From Eledone cirrhosa (taxonomy: Eukaryota), in contig OZ024740.1 in assembly GCA_964016885.1 (NCBI GenBank), forward strand, positions 196,974,001 to 197,038,000: a stretch of DNA of 64,000 nucleotides, written 5' to 3'. The first letter of the stretch is position 1. The number at the start of each line of letters is the position of its first letter. Made by a program: the position numbers and the translations under genes. A model generated the notes under the pieces. The model was given only the letters and a program-made list of their open reading frames with translations. It did no database searches and was not told where the DNA came from. Of the stretch, positions 42,050-56,693 are shown piece by piece.

Positions 42050-42405
42050 AACCCACACTGTAAAGTGGTCATTTTGGTGCCACAACGAACAATCAGTGCA
42101 ACTGTTCAGTCGTCGTGTTGGTGACAACAAAAAGTTCCCATCGCACACTGTAGAGTAGTCATGTAGGTGTCACGACAAAAAGCACCCAGTTTGCACTGTA
42201 AGGTGGTCGTGTAGGTGTCACGACAAAAAGCACCCATTCACACTGTAAGTGTTGTTGGTGTTAGGAATGGTATCCAGCTGTAGAAACCAAGCCAGAATCA
42301 GTTCTGTATGAGCAAAACACGGTCATCTGACCTGGCTTGTCTCAATGGAACAGCTTGTCTAACCTATGCTAGCATGGAAAATGGACATTAAATAGTGATG
42401 ATGAT
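42050..42405 (+). mobile_element. RTE-tail-derived repeat with internal tandem duplications
   Basis: Repeated cactgta..gtggtc..gtaggtgtcacgacaaaaagcaccc followed by ggtgttaggaa..catccagc and (GAT)n; similar copies at 43497-43725 and 59968-60170(-). Confidence 0.6.
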
Positions 42406-44688
42406 GCTGTGTGTGTGTACATACACATAGTATTTCTATCTGTATGTCTTACAGCCCTGTTTAAATGTCTTGCCCAATTATTCCTGATAATGCTGTGGGG
42501 GCAGATCCCTCAGATATGCCTTCCAGAGTGTACTATCAGAAACAACCATCTCCAATTGATCCAGATGGATCCCCAAGTGAACACAATGAAAGTTATGGAT
42601 TGTTATCCATCCATCTTTCCCATGGTCTACCTTTGGGTCTCTTGCCGGTTGATTTTGCCTGTAAAATCTGTGCAATAATCTTTCCTAAGTCATTCTAACC
42701 ACATGTCCATAGTATTGGAGCTGTGATCTCTCTATTCGGAGAAGTAGTGACTCTACCTGCAGCAACTCTTTTATCTCTGAGCTATGCACCCTACTGAGTA
42801 ACGTTACTCCAAAGACCCTTCAGAGGGACCCCATTTTGGCTCCTTGTATTTGCAATCGTATTCTTTCGGTCATTACCCAAGATTCATATTTGAAGGTGAT
42901 TAATTAAATGTCTTAACTAGCTAAACCTTTTCTATATTTTCAAGGCTACATTCTGTATTCTTCTAAAGACTTATCTCTGACTTTTAAAAAAAAATGATTA
43001 TATGTTATTTCCTTAAAGTTTTATAAATAACTTAATTCTGAAAATGGATCTTAAATTTATATATCTAATTATTGAAGGGCCAATAACTTCATGTCTTCAT
43101 ATCTAAATCCAGATTTGTTAGTTACTTCCTTTATTGTTCAATGTATCCTGTATATTCTAAAGTACTTGAATAGAAAGTGATAGTTCTTGATTTGTTTTAA
43201 GTATGGTACTTCTTCATAGTTACTTTGCATTTAAAATTGAAACAAACAGTATATAAATTAGGGTTAGTGTTAAATAATTGTTGCTTCAATTTGAAATATG
43301 GGTTAATAATGAAAACGTGCCTTAAGTATTATTATCAGAATTAATACCTTTCAATATTATCCCAAATATACTCATTAAGAAAATAACCTGTCTAAATTTC
43401 ATTTCCTGGGTTTTCACATTTGATATTTTATTTAAATATTATTTGCCTGAAATATTTCCTGCTGTTGTATATGAGTATATCTATGTTTCAGAATGTAACT
43501 GTAAAGTGGTTGTGTAGGTGTCACGACGAAAAGCACCCAGCACACACAGTAAATGTCGTTGGCATTAGGAAGGGCATCCAGCCATAGAAACCTAGCCAGA
43601 AACAGTTCCATATGAGTAAGACATGGTCACCTGACCCAACTTGCCTCTAATTGGGCAACCCGTCTAACCCATGTTAGTGTGGAAAATGGACGTTAAATGA
43701 TGATGATGATGATGATGATGATGATTATTTAAATATATTTTGTAATTTTGTATATCCATCCATCCATATGAGTAAACATATTTTATAGACTAGATTTGAT
43801 GGTTAGCACTCATTCATTCCATATGTTCATGAAAATTACGAAAAATTCTGTAAACAATATATTTTTGGTAATTGCTGAGAAAAATAGGCCTGGAACATAT
43901 ATTGACTACAGAATATAAAATAGCTTACACATTATGTTTATTGCTTAATATAAGTGCATTACTCTAAATCTCTGTATTGGGTGCTACATGTTTTTTCATA
44001 TTATTTATCAAGCACAGCACTATATATGTATATCTTAATTTTTCCTATTTCCTATGCTGAATTTTGCATTTTCTTACTTTTTCCTTGTATGTATATGATA
44101 TAACTTTCTGGCTTTCTATGTTAATTTTCTTAATATTTCATTAACAGAAATACAGATGATGTTTCCTAATAGCCTTTATGTTATAACTTTTAGTCATGTT
44201 TTACTAATTATTGTGTTTCTATGGCTACTAATGTTCAGCACATGAACTTTGAAAATTCCTATTATAATTATTTTCTTCGCTCACAGCTCCTGTTTCTTCA
44301 ATAAAATATATGTATGTGTTAATGTGTGCATTTATTTTGATTGTGATGAATCTTTACAAAACAAGGATACAGTTCTTGAATCATATAGTTTACAAGTGAC
44401 ATTTCAATTCTATTTATAATTCTGGTAGCTCTTGAGTGTCTACATAGATATAGGTACATTCTGTTTATCTTCAACAGTCAAGTTGAAGTCTTATCTTATA
44501 GTTGGGGTGAATGCTGTCAAATACTGACATATTTAATCCTGCTTGATAATTTGTACTGCCCAACTATATAATCCTTTATGTCCAGTTATAATTCATAATA
44601 TCCAACTATAATTCATCCATATAATCCATAGTTTGTGAATTGACAGTTGTTAGAGTGTAGAACAAAATGCCTTAGAGTATTTGTTCTG

Positions 44689-44971
44689 TAGGCGTGTGGC
44701 CTAATGTTAAGGGTGTTGAACTTACAATCATAATGTCATGGGTTCAATTCCTAGACTGGGTTGTGTGTTGTATTCTTGAGCAAAACACTTCATTTTATGT
44801 TGCGTCAGTATACTCAGCTGAAAATGAGTACCAGCAATAGCTGGGGGTTTTACTCTGTGATGGACTGGTAGGCTATCCAGGGGAAGTATTGTATTCTCAG
44901 TTGCTTAACACCACGAAAACAGGGATAAGTACTGGCCTGATGAACCTCCGGGCTCAAGACAGACTTTAGAC
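44689..44971 (+). mobile_element. CORE-like SINE nested in a Meta-like SINE, 8-bp TSD
   Basis: TTGTTCTG at 44681-44688 and 44972-44979; host SINE halves ~44635-44688 and 44972-45060. Confidence 0.7.
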
Positions 44972-45352
44972 TTGTTCTGGCTCTCTGTACTCAGCTCCCA
45001 CCGGGGTCAATGTTGACCTTTTATCTTTTTGGAGTCAATAAAATAAAGTATTGGTACAAAGCAGTGGATATATAAAATTGTTAGAGCATTGAATGAGATC
45101 ACTCGCAGTATTTTTTCAGGCTTTTTTCTTTTAAGTTCAAATCTTGCTTTGGCTAACTTGGATGGTAGACTATATCTGTTGCCAAATTGAATACCATTTA
45201 CTGGCCTTTGGGTGCCTTTATCAAAATCCACTGTTTTACAAGCATTTGGGCAAGGTCTCTGGTTTGAGAGTACATTCCTCTCTCCTCCCTGCAATCTTGG
45301 AAGCCCTGAAAAGAGTTATAGGGACTTCCCTTCCTGACTGAACTTATATATA

Positions 45353-46275
45353 TCATCATCATCATCATTTTACGTCTGCTTTTCCCTGCTTAGCATCTCT
45401 CCACTTGTCACGGTCCTTCGTCATCTCCTCGGTGAGCTTCAGCGATCTGAGGCCTGCTCTCACCACCTCCGCCCATGTTATTTTTTGTGTTCTTCCTCTA
45501 CTATGTCTTCCTTCAACTGGCATTTCTTGGCACTTCTTTACCCAGTGGTCATCCTCCATGCGCATCACATATCCATACCATCGCACACTACAACTTATCC
45601 CTCTTATACACAGTTTCTCTCTCAACACATCCATGCTCGGTCGTTCACGCACATTGACATTGCACATCCAACGGACCATGCTTGCCTCATTTCTCTCCAT
45701 CCATCGCATATCCTCTACAGTTGCTGCCCATGTCTCACTACCATGCAGCATCGCGCTCCTCACACGGGCATCATATAACCGGCCTTTTGTACGCAAGGAG
45801 AAACCCTTCTTCGTCAGCAGAGGAAGCAACTCCCTAAACTTCTTCCAACCCATCTTTATTCTAGATACTATGGCCTCGGAACCCCCCCCCCCCCCCGATG
45901 CTAATCTGGTCACCTAGGTACCGGAAGCTATCAACCACTTCTATAGAACCCACCTGCATTTGAAAAATGTGTCTATCAATGCGACTTCTACTGTCAAATT
46001 TCCATGTACACGTATTTTTCCTGACCTGTTAGTTTGCCTGCTATCCCACTACATCACTTGTGTACCCAAGATCTGCATTGTGTACATTTTATAGAATTTA
46101 TGCCAGTTCCTTTTCTGCATATCGAACATGGCCATTTTCCTGATGGAATCAGAGTTTTGTCCTCTTTTCTACTTTTGTCTTAGCTAGGTTCACTCTCAGT
46201 CCTATTAATTCCAACTGCTGTTTCCATAGCCAGAATTTATTCTCTAGCTCCTCTACTGATTCTGCTATAAAGATT
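45353..46275 (-). mobile_element. Decayed RTE-clade LINE 3' portion
   Basis: WKKFRELLPLL, AMLHGSETW, RWYGYVMRM; degenerate Cys cluster upstream; (GAT)n tail. Confidence 0.85.
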
Positions 46276-46827
46276 GTTGTAGATCAGTTCTAATTTACTT
46301 AGTTGATAATCTTACCCATGCTAACGTGGAAAAATGGACATAAAACGGTGACGATGATGATGATGTTACCATATTTCTAATCAAATACACTGTCAATGTG
46401 TTTCAAATAATTTTGAAAATAATCAAGAATTTGAAGGAATTTAATAAAATAATTAACTTTTTATTTAGGAAGCTGATGTTTGCAACATTACTTGACAAAA
46501 ATTTCTTAAATAAAATTGTTGGAATATTTTAATGTAAGTCTGAATACTTTAAGATGAGCAACTTTGTATCATAAAACCAAGGTGGTTTTAGACAGTTTGC
46601 TATCAACAGGGCTAATGTGATCCTCATTCAATGGAATTCATTTTTTTTTTTAAATTAATTTTTAATTAGTAACTAGTCTAGATTTAAATAAAATGGTAGT
46701 GGGTCCCCTTGAAAAATAATGTAATCCACTACATGTAACCCAATCCCAAAACTCTAACTTTGAAAGACTTGCATCCCCAAATTCCCAAATCCCCCTTTCT
46801 CTAGAGCCAATACATGTAATCATTAAT

Positions 46828-47035
46828 TAGCAGTATCGGTAGAGCATCAGACATCATGCTTCATGGCATAAAGTTACGGCCCTTTATGTTCTGAGTTCAA
46901 ATCCCACTGTGGTTAGCTTTGCCTTTCATCCTTACGGGATCGATAAAATAAAATAACAGCCATGCACTAAGGTCGACTTAATCGCCTTTCCCCTTCCCCA
47001 AAATTGCTGGCTCTGTGCCTATAGTAGAAATCATT
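46828..47035 (+). mobile_element. Meta-like SINE
   Basis: gagttcaaatccc..ctttgcctttcatccttacgggatcgataaaat; similar copies near 39270-39410(-), 41960-42050(-), 53600-53700(-), 62775-62990(+). Confidence 0.7.
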
Positions 47036-50000
47036 AATTAATGGACACCTCTGATCATGAAAAGTAAAGCAATTGACTCTATTCATGCTATTTGTATGAA
47101 AGACAAATACTAGGTGTTTTATTATTTATTGTAATCATTTGTAGTGTTTTTAATAATCCATCTGTGGTAAGAGATGTAGCATGTCTATAAAATATGCTCT
47201 CATTCAGCTCATCATGAATTATAGTCAGGTTTCTTTCTGTAAGATATCATGTAAGATAAGAAAAAAAAGGAACATATTTACATATTTCACATTTTGCCAT
47301 TTATCTAAGATAAAGTTTTGTTGTGATTTATTTAGCGGTAAGTATTTATAGTTTTTTTTTTCTCCATAATAACGTAGGTTGAACGAGACTTTTTGTTTGT
47401 TTGTTTCTGAGGCATGTTTCTACAATTGGATGCCCTCCCTAATTCTGAATTGTATATATATATAGTAGACCCAGCAGGACTTATATTTAAACAACACAGC
47501 ATGTTGTTATCTATACCAGCTTTCATGACTCTATTAATGCCTCCTCTTTTGCTAAACTTGCTCAAAACTACTGGCAGTTCATTCATCCCAAGAGAATCGA
47601 GACTACTTACTACATGGGGAATTTCAGTTTTTAGAAAACTTCATTATTGTTATTACTTCTTATTTTCTAAGATGATATGGTGTACTTTTAGGATAATTTG
47701 TATCCTGGCCAAGGTCAACTTTACCTTTCATCCTTTTGAGATCATTAAAATAAAGTAGCAGCCCACAACAGTAGATTGGCAGAATTGTCAGAACCTCAGA
47801 TGAGACAACTTGTAGTAGTTGTTCTGGCCAATTGTGTTTTGAGTTCAGATCCTATTTTGGTGATAGACTTAATCCATCATTCAGTTTAACACCACCACCT
47901 GGCCCTTGAGTTCACTCTGTTGCAAGCATTTGGACTGGGTCTCTGGTTTGAGGATACCTTCCTCCTATCCACCAATATGGAAAACCCTAAATCAGGCCAT
48001 GGACACAGTCCTTCTCTCCCTGGCTAAACCATGAAAAGAAGATCCAATAGTAGCTTCAGTAGCTTCATGAGGTCTTAAATGGATGTAAAGTAAAGTTGTA
48101 AAAGTCTTGTTTTATCAGAAGCTGTGCCCATTTACTTACTCTTTGGAATATTGTTAAGAACATAATGCAAATTAGATATGTATATAATTGGTTGTTAAGA
48201 GTTATAGAACTTTGGTATAGATATAAACATTAGAATTAGAAGAGAGCAATGATTATAACTTTTACAACTTTAGATGTGATATTTATATTCAAATCAAAGT
48301 ATCCTCTCCTTTTTCTTCATCATCGTCATCATGGCAACTTTTATATGCTGGCATGGGGTGGACAGGACTTTTTGAGGCAATCTTTTACAGCTGAATTCAC
48401 TTTCTAATACCAACCTTTTAGTCACTTCTTACAAAATGCAGAGACACAGTCAGTGTACCTATACAATGTGTGTGTGGGTGTGTATATATATATGGCTGTC
48501 TAAATACATGTTTTCCTCCAGTGAAAAATTGTTTTTCTGTTACTTTCTTTTCTTACTCTTGCCTATCTTTCTATTTCATTCATATATATCTTAATTCATA
48601 TTCAACAAATTCCCTTTATCTACATCTTTTGGAATCATTATGAAATTACTGTGACTGCCTATAGTAAATATCATTTGTTCCTTGACTGATGTATCATCAT
48701 TTATACTAATATGTTGTCTCTGTCAGATTTTAAAGATTTTTAAAAAAATCACTCAACAAAAATATCAATTTGTTTTGCTTAGTAGTTCTACTTGCAATGA
48801 CCCTGCTTTTGTTTTTATTTAAAATTAAAAGTCCCTTTATCAAAAATATGCTGATTAGTTATCAAGATCATGTTAATTATCAAATGTATAATGATTAATT
48901 AATTGGTCTGTAAATTGACACTCTAAAGTAGAAACCAGAGATGGGATAGCTGATATCTACATGTGCCACATGAGTAAATAGACAAGTTGGTGCATGAAGG
49001 GGATCATATTAAAATATAAATATAAAGGCATAAGTAGTAAACCAGTTGAAGACATGTTATGCATTGTCATATAACATGGCCTTGTGATGTCAACATTGTA
49101 TTATATATAACACATCAAGCTGTAGATAGTTGCTGTGGTTTCACACTGCTTATCTATTTTATTATTGATTAATAAAGCTTAATCTGAAGTAGGACTAGGA
49201 ATATGAGTAAATGACTAAAAATACTATATGGTCCAAAGCTTTTAATTTAAAACGTTGGCACTCACTCCCATAGTCAATCTTGTCTTATTTTAGAAAATTC
49301 AATAATAATAAAACTGTTCACCTAAATTACTGCCAACTAACTGTTACAGGAAATTGTAATGACATCAATTCTAAATATATTATTTTATTTTATTCCTTTC
49401 AATGTGTGTACGACTGTGTTTTAATATCTTTGTTGAAGCAAATTCATATCTATGAAGTATACTATACTTAATAATTTCATGTTAGACTAGTACTTAGAGA
49501 GAACAACATATACTTAATGAGCTGCTTGAAATGGAGCCTACAGTTCACTTCTAGTCTGGGTCTGATACCAGCTTTGAGTCTATGTTTTATATCTGACATT
49601 ATCCTATTACCGCCTTTGGTATAGGCCTGGATGTGTTCCTTGGTAAACTTCATCTGTGACCTCATTTTGTTTCCGAATTAGTGTTGTTTTATTTCACATC
49701 TTATTAATGTCATACATAAAGGTATAAGTGTTACAATATCCTAATAAAAGTACAAATAATGCAGTATCCTATTTCTTTCTCTTAAAAATCTGAGGTCTGA
49801 TGTATAAGAAAAGGTTAATGATACCTAATATCTATATCTTATGAAGAGTTCTTACCTTCAATTCTTGGTCTTACAAGCTATCTAAATCCTGATCAGCCTA
49901 ATCATGGAAAGGTGAAGATTATCAAATCTCACAAAAGACATTCACCACCCTTTAAACTTGTCGATTGATTTTTAAAGGGTGGTGATGGTTCTTAGAGGAG

Positions 50001-52264
50001 TTCAATTATCTTAGCCCTAACTTATAGCAAACCAATGAGAGAGAATCTACAAAATTGCTTAACCTACTAGAAATAGCAACTAATTCTCTCTCAAAGCATA
50101 CTCTATTAATCATCATCATCTCATGTCCATCTTCTCTGCTAACAAGGATTGGATGGGTCTTCACAGACCAAGTCAGTACTAAAATGGAGCTACTGACCTC
50201 TAAGACAGGCCAGGAGCTTACAGCCTGTTTACATATGTTCCCTTACATATGTTCCCATGAATTACTGTGTGTATTTTATTATGGTGCTAACACCAGGGAA
50301 GTTGTCATATCTTTGACACAGCTGAAGAGTCCTGACCATTTGTTTAGCAGGTTTTCTATGGCTAAATGCCTTTCCTACCATCCACCACTTCACAAAATGT
50401 ACTGGGTGCATTCATCATATAAGTCACCAACACTAGGGAGGTTGTCATGTATTTGATACAACTGAAGAGTTATTCTGACCCTATTGTCTTTAAAAGGGAA
50501 GGACATATTACATAATCTAGTTTGAGATAAATTATATTTGAATATTTGGGATGGTCACAGCTAGAATGCCTTTGATCATAGGTGCTAGGTTAGAGTTTAT
50601 CTGGAGCTTATCAGCACAACAGGTGGTGCTCTTCATTAACCATAGTCTATTGGCTGAAACAAGTAGAAGAATAATCTTTAGTAGTTATTCTTTAAATATA
50701 AAATGGAATTTTAACTTTGTATGCACTGATACCTTTATTTCACATCATCTAACATATCTAGCTAACCAAAAGTTAAGTGACACTCATTTGTTCTAATCAT
50801 CTCTAGTATTTCATAAGCAGAAGCGTGACAGGGAAAATAGCGCCTATGCCAAGCAGTGAAATTGCGCTCTTGCCAAAACATAATTTATATAAATGGTTTA
50901 ATGATCCAACCACCATAGTGCTTCTCACCCAACACAATCAATGACATACATCTGAAGTTTCTTTTTTCACTCTCCGATGATAGCTTATCTAACATTAATA
51001 GAAAGTGTTCCTAGTTCAAGTGACGCCCATGGCACGTGCCAGGCTTGTCATACTCGTTATACATCTGCTCATAAGACACCGAAATTGGGAAGTCCAATTT
51101 TTTTTTTGTTGTTGTTTTAAATTATTAAAGATTACTAAGCAACATTTTAAAAAGTTTTTATTTTCGAAAAGTTTGCTTTTTTATCACTTAGTCTCGCCGG
51201 AAGGCCCACATACGCGCAGATTAGTGAGAGGAAGGGGACACTAATCTATGACATGGCCCGAATGCGTCAACAGGGTGAACTCTGTTAAAAGCATTAAAGT
51301 ACCAGGGAGTGGCACTAGGCGAGCCATTAAGTGTACCTCTTAAATAAACGACAGCAAGATTTAAACTTAGAATGCAAAGCTACAGAACAAATTCGGTAAA
51401 GCATTCTAAAATTCATGCTAGTTCACCATCCTGGACTGCTAAAATAAACAGTGCGGTTCGATGCAACTAGTGTTGGACTGCGCCGGCAATTAGTGAATCA
51501 AAAGTGTAATAAACGGGTTTGTCGTCTGCAACAAAGGTTACGACTTGAAACATTAGATTTTGACTCTTGCTAGCAGCAAACGAATTTATCATACTTTTGA
51601 ACTGTGTTAATATCAGCTGAATGATATACGGGTAATACGAAAAAATGAACTCAATTCACCGAAATACGAAATATACCAGAAATATATCCATTCGCATTCA
51701 TAAGCAAAACAATTTATTCCGGATAATGGCGACTATAGTAAATTTGTTTGTACAATGCAAAAATATGTGAAAATACCGACAACGTTATAGAGAGAAAAAT
51801 TCTCTATTTAGACTGTCAGATAATTTTTTCTGCTTATATGTTAAAAGAGCAATGGACGCATAGCACATTCCTTCTACTTGTTAATGTTTCTTTAAATCTA
51901 CAAATAAAATGTTAAACAATGTTCATTAGCTATAGAAACTCTTATCTTTTATATTCAATGATATTAGTTGGATCTATGGAAACACAGTTTTAGTTTCTAT
52001 AGATAAAAAAACACGAGAGTTGTGTGTGTTTCCACATTCATGCTGAAATCCCAATAATATATCATTTGTAAACAGAAATTAAATCGATAATGAATATAAT
52101 ACCTGGCCTGTTTTCTTAATCTATTTATACAGCTCTGCCTCTTTCTTTTACATTCACTAACTCTCTTTCTCTTAACCTCCCACCCCCTTTTCGTTTCCTC
52201 TTCTTTCTATCTCATCCTCTTTCTTTTCTGTCTTAATTTCCTGTTCTTTATTTTCATTCTCCCT

Positions 52265-52334
<70 letters not shown>

Positions 52335-54210
52335 TCTTGTTCTATCTTCCATTCGTCTTTATTTTCTCTTTTTCATTTTTCAGTATTCCTTATCCCTCAC
52401 AAGTTTACTTACTCTCTATCCTATCCTATCTAAAACTCTTCCACTCACTCCCCCTCTCTTTCTCTTTCATTGAGTCCTCTCCTCTCGACTATTTTTTTTT
52501 ATTATTATTTAGAAGGACTTTTCCACCGTATCTCAAATTACTGAAAAATGGCTTATTAATTTCTGCTTTACTGACTTGCCTATAAAAATAGGGTGTGATT
52601 AGTTTATTGATTGACGTCACTTACATAAACTGGAAACAGTTATCTATAGTAAAGTCTTCTTCCTTTGTGTGTGGGCGTGTGTGTTTGTGTGTCAGAAAGA
52701 TTGTATTATCGAACTACTAGATCCACGAGGCGTTAATGTTCCATTAAATGAGTTTTATTGTGTTACAACTAGTTGAACAAGACACTTAACTATATTCTCT
52801 TTAGTTGTCGTTCTTGGGCTCCAGGTTATTCCTAATCAACAAATCTATGGTCAGAAGCGTTAGTGGGTGGTAGGGGGGGGGGCAGTTTGCCTATGATTTT
52901 GAGGGTAGGAAGGGGGCTACTCATCTCCAGTTCTTGTTCTTTTATTCTGTTCTGATATTTTTAAGTACATCATGTACAACACATAAACATGTATATGCAC
53001 GTGATCTCTAAACAAATCACGTGTATTTAGCACTAATTACTATAATAATGTGTGGGTGGTTTGAATTGGAGCCTAAATTTCATATTTGACCAGGGCTGAC
53101 TAGCAGCTTTGGGGGCTTACATTTTACATCCACCATGAGCCTATTACTAGCTTGGCAGGGCTACATTTTATATCTGGTCTGTTACCAACTTTGCTTGAGC
53201 TAAGTTGTAACTAACCTGACCTAAAAGAATGAATGACAAAGTGGACCACGACAGGAATTGAACTTAGTGTGGAGAACTGGAACAATTCACTGTCTCAGGA
53301 TCCAGGCAAAGCTCGTAACAATGTGTGTTGCCAAAAAAAAAAGAGAAAAAAAGAAAAGAAAGAAACTAAATGAAAATCTTCATTTTCATTTCTTCAAAAG
53401 AACTCTACTTACCCAAAACATTAGAACTCATTGTACACACACCTATTACATAATTTTATTGTTTTTGGTTATCGGTTTGTTGATGTTTTATTTTGTGAAA
53501 TAGGTTATACGAATAATTCTATTTTATGGAAAAGATTATCTTAATTTCTTGAAGTTGTTTTACATTGTCCTCTGGATTTCTTCAATGAAGTATATTTTTG
53601 AAAAAAGGCTGAGAGACAAAATGGACATTAGTGGGATTTGAACTAAGAATACAAAGACCTCTAACAAATATCCAATGCTCTAATGACTCTGCCAGAATGA
53701 TGACCTTAGATCTGAACCTAACTTCAGTAATATTGTAGTTTGTGGCAAGATAAAATAATGACCATCGCATGACCTTAAAGTGATGTTACTAATATTGCTT
53801 AACAATTGCCAGAAATATGTTTGTGGTGTCTCGATATTTAAGCATCTTTGTCTCAAATCAGAGAGCTAAATCAATGGAGGGTAAGATGAATACTGTGACT
53901 CACTAAATGTCAAACAACACCCACTGAATGAAGAAATTTTGGAAGATTACTCAAATTTCTTGATCCTTTCATGCTGTATTTAATCATCAAGATAGATATA
54001 CTATGGAAACTAAAAAATGTGAATCGAGTTTACTGAATGAATCAACTAATGGAAGTATCAGTGAAGATAAAGCAGTGTTGCAAAACAGCGAACCATGGCA
54101 TAGCTAGTGTAGGTCTACAAGAATAAATATGAGGGTACTAGTGCTAAAGCACAGTCTTTAGAATGAATGTAATAAGAAAGGCAAAATATAACATTAACAT
54201 ATAACATTAA

Positions 54211-54409
54211 CCCTTTAGCATTTACATTACTTTATATTTACTATTGTATTTTCACAGTAAACACTTTATCTCACATAATATCGAATCTACAATTTTGATA
54301 TTATTCATTTTGAGACTTAACATAAGTCTGAGCAGCCAGTTACAGCCAGTTTGAACAGAAAAAGGTGAGAGAATTCTGGCTGGATACAGCCAGTTTAAAT
54401 GCTAATGGG
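54211..54409. mobile_element. piggyBac-like MITE
   Basis: TTAA|CCCTTTAGCATTTA ... TAAATGCTAATGGG|TTAA. Confidence 0.75.
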
Positions 54410-56342
54410 TTAATATGATAGCATTTCATGCTTACTATATTGTTTGGTTTAACCCAACTCCTAGATGATCAGTGTTATTAAATATAACTACCAGTTTGAC
54501 AAAAAAGCTGGTTTATTCAGTTAAAGGAGACTTCCAGAGCCTCTTACATCTGTGTCTATTTTCAATAACACTTTATCATAAGACTACATTATTTAGCTTA
54601 GAATCACATTACCCAATATATCTATTTTTTTAAGACATGATATGAATGAAATGTGACTACTATTTCTAGCAGATCGAGTGACAACTGAGGGGCTTTTTTG
54701 TTAGCTTGGAATCAACTGGTTTTAAGCATAGATACCATGAAATATTTGTATATACATAACCTTGACAATATGATTTTGGAATCCTAGATTTAGAAAGAGA
54801 AGGAGGGTTGATAAAGTACCATATACAGTTTGTCAATAAAAGTCCTTTTGATTGAACATCACCACACTCTAATACAATAGTATTATTGTTAGCAAAATTC
54901 ACTTGAATTAAACATTTGTAAAAAAACACTTATCCTTCATTTTCCCACTCCCTCACTCTCCAACAGATAACTTTGATACCTATAATTGTGACAAAAATAA
55001 TTAAAAAGAAATTAATGTACTACGAAGTCTGTGTTGTTTGGTGAGTAATTGTTTAATGGGTTATATATGCTTAATATAACGCAGAAAAATTAGAAAGTAT
55101 ATAGAAATGATTAATTTGAAACAGTAAATCTACATAAAACTAAGTTTACACAATAGAGTATAACAGTGTAGCAAGAAGTAAAGAGAATTCTAATTGTGCA
55201 TGCACATACTCTGTCTGAGTAACTTCATTGAATTGATCTTTGGTGATGCATTGCACATTACTGCTAGTTCTGTGTAATTCCAATTGTTGTTTAACCCCAG
55301 GCCAGAGCCATAGTCAAAGGCATTTCAACCATAACCATCCCATTTCTTTTCAATGCATAGTATATATCATCATCATCATCAGTCCATTTTCCTTGCTAAC
55401 AAGGATTAGATGGGTCATTACAGACCAAGTCAGTACTTAATTGGATGAGCCAGGACCCATCTCACATATGTTCCCACATTCTGCTAAGTGAGAAATGCTG
55501 TGCAATCTTGGTATTAGAACTAGAGAGGTCATGATGTCTTTGACACAACTGAAGAGTCCTCTCTACCCTTTGTTTGACAAGTTTTTTTATGGCTGTATGT
55601 CCTTCCTATCATCAACCACTTTACAGTGTGTATTAGGTGTATTTTATCTAATGTATTCTGTTTTAAGATGGTTGTGTACTTAACACAAAGTTTCTCAATA
55701 TAAACATTAATGTCAAAAATCAAATGTTTATATAATCCGATAGTTGGTTCTATTCACATAAGTTGATATATATTTTATTCCATAACCAAATGGTGTGTAT
55801 TAAATTATATATGAGAAAGAAAGAAAACAAAAAGTAGATAAACTATTCACATCTAGAATGTATTATAAGATTGGGTCTTAGTACTTCAATATTTAATGAA
55901 TGAAGCATAGTTTATCAATTATAATTTATGAAAAAAAAAAACAAATTAAAAATGAATCAGAAAAAAAGAAAAAAAAACCCTCCCCACTCTTTCAATCACA
56001 GATTACACCAAAGAATGTGGGTGTTGCTCTTTAAACTTTTTTGAAATAATCTAAAACACTTGAAGTAATCTAAACAACTGGTCAGCATGACTGGAGTGTT
56101 GAAGCAACCAGGTATCTCCATGAGCATCACCTAATACTTTAGTAAAACAAGCCACCAATGATGACAAAAACTTAAAAACTTCATTGCCCAGCTCCCTTGA
56201 ATGTCTCAGATTTTACACACTGAAAAATATAATTCACCAATACATTATGATATTTCAGTAATGTATTCCATTTTGCTATGAAGGCAGTAACTTCCACCGC
56301 CATCACAGCATTTAGAATTTGTGAAAGAGTCACTGACAGTAA

Positions 56343-56693
56343 CATCCTATGTAAAGCATCTATCTCTAGCTCAATGACAAACACTAAGTCTGTCAGGCCT
56401 CAACTATTGACCCTAGACAGACTTGACGGACTTAGTGTTTGTCATTGAGCTAGAGAGAGATGCTTTACATAGGATGCCCAGCCGGTTCTTGGCTGGTATT
56501 TTATTTTAGCAACTTGACGGACTTAGTGTTTGTCATTGAGCTAGAGAGAGATGTTTTACATAGGATGCCCAGCTGGTTCTTGGCTGGTATTTTATTTTAG
56601 CAACTTGACGGACTTAGTGTTTGTCATTGAGCTAGAGAGAGATGCTTTACATAGGATGCCCAGCTGGTTCTTGGCTGGTATTTTATTTTAGCA
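56343..56693. repeat. 3 x 91-bp tandem repeat preceded by an inverted partial copy
   Basis: acttgacggactta at 56421, 56512, 56603; 56343-56396 is the reverse complement of the unit's first ~54 bp. Confidence 0.9.

Noticed and set aside
49477-49665. 62-aa minus-strand ORF as a host exon (also 56181-56384)
   Set aside because: No recognisable homology and no convincing splice-site pair
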